Shown here: piece by piece, positions 1-5,468 of the stretch | How the letters are laid out: the number at the start of each line of letters is the position of its first letter | Numbering within the stretch: the first letter of the stretch is position 1 | DNA from: an uncultured Clostridia bacterium | Lineage (GTDB): Bacteria > Acidobacteriota > Blastocatellia > Chloracidobacteriales > JADJPF01 | Direction: 5' to 3' | DNA length: 12,860 nucleotides | Assembly: GCA_964536575.1 (NCBI GenBank) | Contig: CAZHXL010000176.1 | Coordinates: 1 to 12,860, forward strand | Program-made: the position numbers and the translations under genes | The notes under the pieces: generated by a model | Seen by the model: only the letters and a program-made list of their open reading frames with translations | Told to the model about the DNA's origin: nothing | Databases searched by the model: none

Positions 1-549
1 ACTTTAGAAGAGTATTTTGAGGTAGTTAAGTCCTCAGAAGAAAAGTATGAATATTGGAACGGTCAAGTTTTTCTGATGTCTGGTGGAACAAGAACACATG
101 CTTTTATCTCTGATAATCTACAAAAAGCTATTAACAACCAATTAAGTAATAGATGTCGTGTCTTTAGTTCTGGAATGGCAATAAAAGTCCCAACCGTACC
201 ACCTTTTCGTTATGCAGATCTTAGTGTTGCCTGTAATCAACTAGTATTTGAAGAAATAGGAGGTGTAGATACTTTAGTTAATCCAATATTAATTATTGAA
301 GTATTATCTCCAAGTAGCCAATATTACGACCGAGGAGCTAAATTTACTTTCTACCAATCTATTGCTAGTTTTAGCGAATATTTATTAGTTGAACAAAATC
401 AACCACGAATCATTCACTATGTTAAAGAAAACGACAACACTTGGACACCTAATGAAATAATAGGGAGAGAAAGTAATTTGGTTTTACCTTCAATCGATTG
501 CACACTAGCTCTTAGTGATGTTTATCAGGACGTGATTTTTCCTACTTAG
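1..549 (+). CDS. Uma2 family (DUF820) putative PD-(D/E)XK endonuclease, 5'-partial (runs off the left edge of the window)
   Basis: Frame 1 is open from nt 1 (TLEEYFEVVKSSEEKYEYWNGQVFLMSGGTRTH...), so the ATG at 76 is internal. Motif pattern EYWNGQV..MSGGT..H, then NPILIIEVLSPSS..YDRGAKF..YQSI..F.EYLLV, matches my recollection of Uma2 proteins. Stop TAG at 547-549. Confidence 0.75.
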   Translation, partial: TLEEYFEVVKSSEEKYEYWNGQVFLMSGGTRTHAFISDNLQKAINNQLSNRCRVFSSGMAIKVPTVPPFRYADLSVACNQLVFEEIGGVDTLVNPILIIEVLSPSSQYYDRGAKFTFYQSIASFSEYLLVEQNQPRIIHYVKENDNTWTPNEIIGRESNLVLPSIDCTLALSDVYQDVIFPT

Positions 550-618
550 ATAAATATTGTTTAACTATTAAACTTATCGGACAAATGCAAAGAGTTTATC
601 GCCCTTAACAAATTAACT

Positions 619-627
619 TGTTATAAT
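619..627 (+). promoter_or_regulatory. Candidate extended -10 promoter element (TGtTATAAT) upstream of the Nfu gene
   Basis: TGTTATAAT at 619-627 is a perfect TGnTATAAT. No convincing -35 hexamer at 16-18 nt spacing, which is tolerated for extended -10 promoters. It lies 63 nt upstream of the ATG at 690. Confidence 0.3.
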
Positions 628-636
628 GACCAAAAC

Positions 637-663
637 ATCATAAAAATTATCATAAAAATTATC
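637..663 (+). repeat. Tandem 12-nt repeat (ATCATAAAAATT x2 plus a partial third copy ATC) in the putative 5' leader of the Nfu gene
   Basis: 637-648 and 649-660 are identical, and 661-663 restarts the unit. It lies between the candidate -10 (622-627) and the GGAGG Shine-Dalgarno at 673-677. Confidence 0.8.
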
Positions 664-689
664 TAATTGTTTGGAGGAATAATAAACAA

Positions 690-1283
690 ATGAGTCAAGG
701 TCAAAGTCAAAGCCAAAGTCAAGCAATAATGATTCGTGCCAATGTAGACAAACAAGATATTAATATCTGTAGGTTTATAGCTGATCGTCCTTTAACTAAC
801 GGTTCACTAGTATTTACTAGCAAAGCCGAAGCTAAAGGAAATAGTTTGGCAGAAAATCTTTTCAGCCTTCCAGAAATTAAAAAAGTAGAAATTAATGACA
901 CTACTTTAACACTAGTAAAAAGCCTAGGGGACGACTGGTCAGTATTAGGAAAGCGAATTGGTGGTTTTATTCGCACTTTTCTACAACCAGAAGCCTATGC
1001 TAACGCACTCCCATCAGAAGAGCTTAAAAAGAAAGTTCAAGAAGTATTAGACTTACAGATTAATCCTAGCGTAGCTTCTCACGGTGGGTTTGTAGATTTA
1101 ATTGCAGTAGAAAACAACAATGTTTACATACGTATGGGTGGAGGCTGTCAGGGTTGTGGCGCAGCCAATATGACCCTAAAAATGGGAATTGAGCGAACGA
1201 TTCGTGAAGCTATTCCTAGTATTGGTCAAATTCTAGATTCGACTGATCATGCTAGTGGTAATAATCCTTACTATTCTAAGTAG
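690..1283 (+). CDS. Nfu/NifU-like Fe-S cluster scaffold/carrier (N-terminal Nfu_N-like domain plus C-terminal NifU domain with CXXC)
   Basis: The C-terminal half reads INPSVASHGGFVDLIAVENNNVYIRMGGGCQGCGAANMTLKMGIERTIRE, the classic NifU_C/Nfu CXXC cluster-binding motif. The N-terminal half resembles the Nfu_N fold pattern (..F.......SPLAENLF.LPEIKKV....TLTLVK....W). GGAGG at 673-677 lies 12 nt upstream of the ATG. The N-terminus carries a (QS)n low-complexity run. Confidence 0.85.
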   Translation: MSQGQSQSQSQAIMIRANVDKQDINICRFIADRPLTNGSLVFTSKAEAKGNSLAENLFSLPEIKKVEINDTTLTLVKSLGDDWSVLGKRIGGFIRTFLQPEAYANALPSEELKKKVQEVLDLQINPSVASHGGFVDLIAVENNNVYIRMGGGCQGCGAANMTLKMGIERTIREAIPSIGQILDSTDHASGNNPYYSK

Positions 1284-1298
1284 TTGATGGTTTAACTT

Positions 1299-1919
1299 AT
1301 GGAGCTTTGTTTTAGAAAAGCCACGCCAGAAGATACTTCAGCCTGTGTTGATTTGGTCTATAGTTCTGGGCCAGAGCTATTAGAGTATATGTTTTCTATT
1401 GGCAATAAAACCGCTAAAGACTACATAACTTATGAGTTTCAAGAAGGCGGAGGCTTTATTGGTCACCGTATTCATACAGTAGTTGAGCATAAATCAGCTA
1501 TTGTTGGTGTTGGGGCTTTTTATGATAAAAGACAGTTAATTAGACTCTATTTAGGAAGCCTAAGAAATATCATTAGATTTTATGGCTTACTTGGGTCTTT
1601 TGAAGTGCTAAAAAACGCGCTTCATTCAAGCTCTGTAATTGAAAAACCTCCTCCTAAAACGATGTATATTTGTAATCTTGGAGTTAGTCCTAAAAGTAGA
1701 GGGTTAGGTGTTGGTTCAGCTTTGATTAAATATGAAACTGAAAAAGCCTCTAAGAATGGCTACAAGGATATAAGCCTTGATGTAGCAACAAACAACCCAA
1801 AAGCAGAGAGCCTTTATCAAAGATTAGGGTTTAAGCTAGTAAGAGAAAAAGTATTTCGAGGTAAAAAAGGTGCAAAAATACCAGGAACTAGATTTTTAGT
1901 ACTTCCTATAAGCTCATAA
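1299..1919 (+). CDS. GNAT family N-acetyltransferase, substrate unknown
   Basis: N-terminus is typical for the family (FRKATPEDTSACVDLVY). Acetyl-CoA binding motif A-like segment ICNLGVSPKSRGLGVGSALIKY (R/Q-x-x-G-x-G/A), followed by A..LYQRLGFK. Starts 15 nt after the Nfu stop with no clear SD, so possibly translationally coupled. Confidence 0.8.
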   Translation: MELCFRKATPEDTSACVDLVYSSGPELLEYMFSIGNKTAKDYITYEFQEGGGFIGHRIHTVVEHKSAIVGVGAFYDKRQLIRLYLGSLRNIIRFYGLLGSFEVLKNALHSSSVIEKPPPKTMYICNLGVSPKSRGLGVGSALIKYETEKASKNGYKDISLDVATNNPKAESLYQRLGFKLVREKVFRGKKGAKIPGTRFLVLPISS

Positions 1920-1979
1920 AATTGTTCTATCTGCCAAAATATAAAAGATAGTTTATTTGCACCTTTTAAGAAGGTAAAT

Positions 1980-3812
1980 ATGTCGGAAATATCTGAGAAA
2001 AATGATAGCCCTAGACCCAAACGTTTAGGGCTATCGCTTTCTGGTGGTGGGTTTCGCGCTTCGTTCTTTCATATTGGTGTGCTAGCAAAAATGGCGGAAC
2101 TTGGACTACTTAGGTATGTAGAAGTTATATCTACGGTTTCTGGTGGAGCAATCATTGGCACACTTTATTATCTTCACTTAAAAAAACTTCTAGAAAACAA
2201 GTCTGATAGCCAAGTTTTAGATAGTGATTACTGTCAAATTTTACAAGAAATAACAGAAGATTTTCTTAAAGCTGTCCAAAGCAATATTATTATGACAGCT
2301 TATAATAACCCTCTAAAAACTATTAAAATGGCTTTGGACAATTATTCTTCTAGTTTGCGACTTGCTGAGCTTTACGAGCAATATTTTTACCGGCCTGTAT
2401 TTAATCCTAATGAAACAGCCCCAATCAAAATGTCGGAGCTAAAAATTATGCCTAAAGGAGATTTAGACTTTTATCCTCTAGAACATAATATTCATCGTAG
2501 TGCTAAAGTCCCTATTCTTTTAATCAATACAACTTCACTAAACACTGGGCGTAATTGGTATTTTGAAGCAACTCATATGGGTGAAGCACCTCGTGAAAGC
2601 ATAGCCTCACAGGAAATTGATAAAAACCTGCGCCTAGCTAGACCTAATTCATATGACTTACTAGATAAAGAACATGAAGATTTTTTACTAAGCCATGCAG
2701 TAGCAGCTTCAGCAGCTTTACCAGCAGTTTTTGCCCCTATAAAAATTTCTCACCTATACCCAAACGAAATAGACCTACGATTAGTAGATGGCGGAGTACA
2801 CGATAATCAAGGAATTGAAGGACTACTAAACTTTGATTGTACAGACTTTATAATCAGTGATGCTTCACGCCCCTTGGAATTTGAGGCTAAACCAAATATT
2901 GGTAATGAAGGATTATTACTTAGGGTAAGAAGTATTTTAGGTGATCGTCTACGTGAAGAGCAAATTTACCGAATGCTAGAAGGAAAGTATAAAAATCATA
3001 CTGCTTTTATGCATTTACGAAAAAATTTTTCTATTATAAAACAAGGCTATTTAACCTCTGCCAGTAAAGCTAAAAAAGTAAAACCATTAACTTCTATTAG
3101 TGACTTTACCTTGTCAAATTGCGACATAGGGATTGCCCCAGAAGTACAACAATCGCTAGCTCGTATTCGTACTCACTTAGACTCTTTTACTGATCTAGAG
3201 GCTTATTCTTTGATGTTTTATGGCTATCAAGTAAGTCAGCAAGTGATCTTAAAAACCCCTAACCTCAACCAAATTACTAAACAACCACCACTTAATCTTA
3301 ATTGGCAGTTCCTTAAAATAGCTCCTTGGGCTAAACAACCTACCCTTAATTACTTGCACCAACTAAAAGTAGGTAGCGAGAGATTCTTAAAAATATTTCA
3401 ACTTAACCCGCTAGTAAAAAGAATTAGTCTATTGGTCTTATTTTTAATTTTTCTGTTAATAGTTTGGTGCCTTTTTTCTTTCTTAAGTATTTTGTCGAGC
3501 ATTAATGAAGTTCAAGAATTACTCGCTATCCCACTAAACCAAGTTATTTCAATATTTAGTCCAATAGTCATAGTTCTTTTTTTATTAAGGGTTGTTTTTG
3601 CTCGACGATATTCACTAATGAGAGAACAGTGGTTTAATTTTTGGGCAAAAGCCTTATTACCAGCTTTATGTTTTCCTCTTGTTTGGTTACACCTGCTTTT
3701 CTACGACAAATTATTCTTAAAAGCTGGCCAGCTTGATCAATTAGAAAAGCCTCTTTATCAAAATGATCTTGATTCATTAACAAGCGTAGATCGACAGCTA
3801 GAAAGTCAATAA
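1980..3812 (+). CDS. Patatin-like phospholipase domain protein with a C-terminal three-helix membrane anchor
   Basis: Oxyanion motif GLSLSGGGFRASFFHIGVL (G22-G-G-x-R26). Nucleophile elbow TVSGG (Ser54, nt 2139-2141), where the first Gly of GXSXG is Thr. Catalytic Asp in LVDGGVHDNQG (D270, nt 2787-2789). Hydrophobic stretches at about aa 482-507, 522-541 and 556-575. GAAGG lies 5 nt upstream of the ATG. Confidence 0.85.
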   Translation: MSEISEKNDSPRPKRLGLSLSGGGFRASFFHIGVLAKMAELGLLRYVEVISTVSGGAIIGTLYYLHLKKLLENKSDSQVLDSDYCQILQEITEDFLKAVQSNIIMTAYNNPLKTIKMALDNYSSSLRLAELYEQYFYRPVFNPNETAPIKMSELKIMPKGDLDFYPLEHNIHRSAKVPILLINTTSLNTGRNWYFEATHMGEAPRESIASQEIDKNLRLARPNSYDLLDKEHEDFLLSHAVAASAALPAVFAPIKISHLYPNEIDLRLVDGGVHDNQGIEGLLNFDCTDFIISDASRPLEFEAKPNIGNEGLLLRVRSILGDRLREEQIYRMLEGKYKNHTAFMHLRKNFSIIKQGYLTSASKAKKVKPLTSISDFTLSNCDIGIAPEVQQSLARIRTHLDSFTDLEAYSLMFYGYQVSQQVILKTPNLNQITKQPPLNLNWQFLKIAPWAKQPTLNYLHQLKVGSERFLKIFQLNPLVKRISLLVLFLIFLLIVWCLFSFLSILSSINEVQELLAIPLNQVISIFSPIVIVLFLLRVVFARRYSLMREQWFNFWAKALLPALCFPLVWLHLLFYDKLFLKAGQLDQLEKPLYQNDLDSLTSVDRQLESQ

Positions 3813-3819
3813 TTGACAA

Positions 3820-3838
3820 TTTGTGTCTTTTTGATACA
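3820..3838. repeat. Copy 1 of a perfect 19-nt direct repeat TTTGTGTCTTTTTGATACA, a candidate operator
   Basis: Identical to 3925-3943. It begins 2 nt after a perfect TTGACA hexamer (3813-3818) and overlaps a weak -10-like TACAAA (3835-3840, 16-nt spacer). It contains the imperfect dyad TGTGTC-N5-GATACA. Confidence 0.7.
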
Positions 3839-3862
3839 AATTTCTTCTATTAGCCCGCTAGT

Positions 3863-3881
3863 GTGAGTCTTATTGACTCAC
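3863..3881. other. Perfect 7-bp inverted repeat GTGAGTC-TTATT-GACTCAC between the two 19-nt repeat copies
   Basis: 3863-3869 pairs with 3875-3881 across a 5-nt loop. There is no adjacent U-tract on either strand, so it is not a classical intrinsic terminator. Confidence 0.4.
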
Positions 3882-3924
3882 TAAAAAGTATTACTATCTA
3901 CATTTAGAAGGTATTCCCATTCGG

Positions 3925-3943
3925 TTTGTGTCTTTTTGATACA
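3925..3943. repeat. Copy 2 of the 19-nt direct repeat TTTGTGTCTTTTTGATACA
   Basis: Identical to 3820-3838, with start-to-start spacing of exactly 105 bp. In this copy the flank completes a perfect dyad TTGTGT-N9-ACACAA (3926-3946). Confidence 0.7.
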
Positions 3944-4070
3944 CAAGGACGTTTTACAGAAAAATACCAATTGGTTTCATATTTCTAACTTGTTGTAAAC
4001 GCTATAGATAACATTATTCTCATGTCTGGCATAATTTTTGCTTACGACCAGTAGTGAAGCACACCTGGCA

Positions 4071-4145
4071 AATTGTAACTATAAAAAGAAGCTTAATAGT
4101 ACCTTAGACCTACCTTTTCATAGGCACTAAATCAAAGTTACAATT
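4071..4145 (+). promoter_or_regulatory. Candidate structured leader: perfect 10-bp inverted repeat AATTGTAACT / AGTTACAATT enclosing 55 nt
   Basis: 4071-4080 is the exact reverse complement of 4136-4145. It lies about 100 nt upstream of the radical SAM ATG at 4243. I recognise no riboswitch consensus in it. Confidence 0.25.
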
Positions 4146-4242
4146 AAACCTTGGGGACTCTAAAAAGAGAAGCAAACTTGTTGAAATATCAAAACTTATT
4201 GCTATTTTCTGGATCTTGTAAAGGAGCTATTGACTTTTTAAA

Positions 4243-5349
4243 ATGATAAATAGTAAGACTTACGCTGCTTGCCAAAGAAAAGTACGGGAACTAAAGTTTA
4301 TTGCTAAAGGACTTGCTTCTACTAGTCATCCACTAGTTGCTCATATCATCCCAATCCGTAAGTGTAACTTGTCATGTGTTTATTGCAATGAATATGACAA
4401 TTATTCTAAAGGAATTGCTTTGGAAACAATGAAACAGCGTATTGACCACCTAGTAAAGCTAGGGTTGTCAGCGTTGGTTTTTAGCGGTGGTGAGCCACTT
4501 TTGCACCCAAATCTAGACGAGCTAATTTCTCACGCTCGCAGTTCTGGACTTTTAGTCGGCCTAATTACTAATGGTTACTTGATAGTGCCAGAACGTATTA
4601 AACGTCTAAACAAAGCTGGTTTAGACTATATGCAAATCAGCATTGATAATATTCAACCAGATGAGATTTCTGTTAAAAGCTTAAAAGTACTTGATAAAAA
4701 GCTACAAATGCTTAAAGAGCATGCTGATTTTGCTGTAAATATTAATTCTGTTATTGGTGGTGGCATTCGTAACCCTGAAGATGCTTTAGTAATTGGCAAT
4801 CGAGCTGTAGAGCTAGGGTTTTCTACTACTATAGGCATTATTCATGATGGTAACGGTCAACTAGGAAAGCTTAACGAAGTAGAACAAACTGTATTCAAAC
4901 AGTTACGAGACCTAGGTAAAAGCAGCTATGCTCGTTTTAACCGATTCCAAGATAACCTAGCTACAGGTCAAGCGAATGATTGGCGTTGTCGTGCAGGTAG
5001 TCGTTATCTCTACATATGCGAAGAAGGTTTAGTACACTATTGTTCTCAACGCCGTGGTTATCCTGGAGTAAACCTACTTTCATACACCACTAAAGATATA
5101 ATTCGTGAATTTAATACTAAGAAAGACTGTGCAGACTATTGTACAGTAGCCTGTGTCCATAAAGTGGCAGTAATGGATAACTGGCGTTCTGCTCCTCAAT
5201 TATTAGCAGACCCAGAAAATCTAATGTTATCTCCAGGTAGGTTAATTGCTGAAGAATTAAAGCTAATACCTTTAAAGTCTAAAAAATTAGCCCCTCAACC
5301 TGTGGTAACACAAAAAACAGAACAAGAACAACTAGTAAGTGCTCAGTAA
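4243..5349 (+). CDS. Radical SAM enzyme with a twitch/SPASM-like Cys-rich C-terminal domain, function unknown
   Basis: CX3CX2C at C41/C45/C48 (IRKCNLSCVYCNEY, nt 4363-4386). GGEPLL glycine-rich SAM motif (SGGEPLLHP) and ITNGYL. C-terminal C249-X9-C259-X2-G-X4-C267 and C296-X3-C300-X3-C304. No room for an N-terminal B12 domain. An in-frame TGA at 4231-4233 fixes ATG 4243 as the first possible start. AAGGAG at 4221-4226 is 16 nt upstream, which is long. Confidence 0.85.
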   Translation: MINSKTYAACQRKVRELKFIAKGLASTSHPLVAHIIPIRKCNLSCVYCNEYDNYSKGIALETMKQRIDHLVKLGLSALVFSGGEPLLHPNLDELISHARSSGLLVGLITNGYLIVPERIKRLNKAGLDYMQISIDNIQPDEISVKSLKVLDKKLQMLKEHADFAVNINSVIGGGIRNPEDALVIGNRAVELGFSTTIGIIHDGNGQLGKLNEVEQTVFKQLRDLGKSSYARFNRFQDNLATGQANDWRCRAGSRYLYICEEGLVHYCSQRRGYPGVNLLSYTTKDIIREFNTKKDCADYCTVACVHKVAVMDNWRSAPQLLADPENLMLSPGRLIAEELKLIPLKSKKLAPQPVVTQKTEQEQLVSAQ

Positions 5350-5468
5350 TATTTTTAATAAATTTTTATTTAAGCCCCATTTTGTGAGGGTAAGTTGCTA
5401 GGTAAGCAAATTAATAGAAAATTAGTTAATGCGACTAAATAAGTCACTGTAAGGAGAATAGTAAAAAC

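Noticed and set aside
76-549. ATG at 76 as the start of the first gene, as given in the ORF track.
   Set aside because: The same frame is open back to nt 1 and encodes EYFE..SEEKYEYWNGQV. This belongs to the conserved N-terminal part of Uma2 proteins, so the gene is truncated by the window edge.
719-976. 85-aa minus-strand ORF inside the Nfu gene.
   Set aside because: It lies entirely antisense within a well-supported CDS. It has no recognisable motifs and a low-complexity hydrophobic/Ser-rich translation typical of shadow ORFs.
1817-2020. 67-aa minus-strand ORF spanning the GNAT 3' end and the patatin 5' end.
   Set aside because: It overlaps two supported plus-strand genes and their RBS. 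It has no SD or motif support and is judged a shadow ORF.
1980-3812. Patatin gene as a CBASS or other anti-phage effector.
   Set aside because: No cyclase, CD-NTase, sensor or other defence-associated partner is present in the window. The domain layout, with a long middle region plus three transmembrane helices, differs from the compact CapV-type effectors as I recall them.
3634-3819. 61-aa minus-strand ORF at the patatin 3' end.
   Set aside because: It is antisense to the transmembrane-coding part of the patatin gene, with no independent support.
3813-4242. RiPP precursor peptide or CRISPR-like array in the 430-bp spacer upstream of the SPASM-like radical SAM.
   Set aside because: Only one plus-strand ATG ORF exists (MSGIIFAYDQ, 4022-4054), and it has no SD. 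The minus-strand ORFs are 3-15 codons. The 19-nt repeat has only two copies separated by 86 bp, there are no cas genes, and so it is not an array.
4653-4838. 61-aa minus-strand ORF inside the first radical SAM gene.
   Set aside because: Antisense shadow ORF within a motif-supported CDS.
4243-5349. MoaA (molybdenum cofactor biosynthesis), considered because a Mo enzyme is nearby.
   Set aside because: The C-terminal Cys spacing (CX9CX7C and CX3CX3C) does not match the MoaA CX2CX13C auxiliary-cluster motif. The protein lacks the C-terminal Gly-Gly. The gene is in a different, convergent transcription unit from the Mo-hydroxylase.
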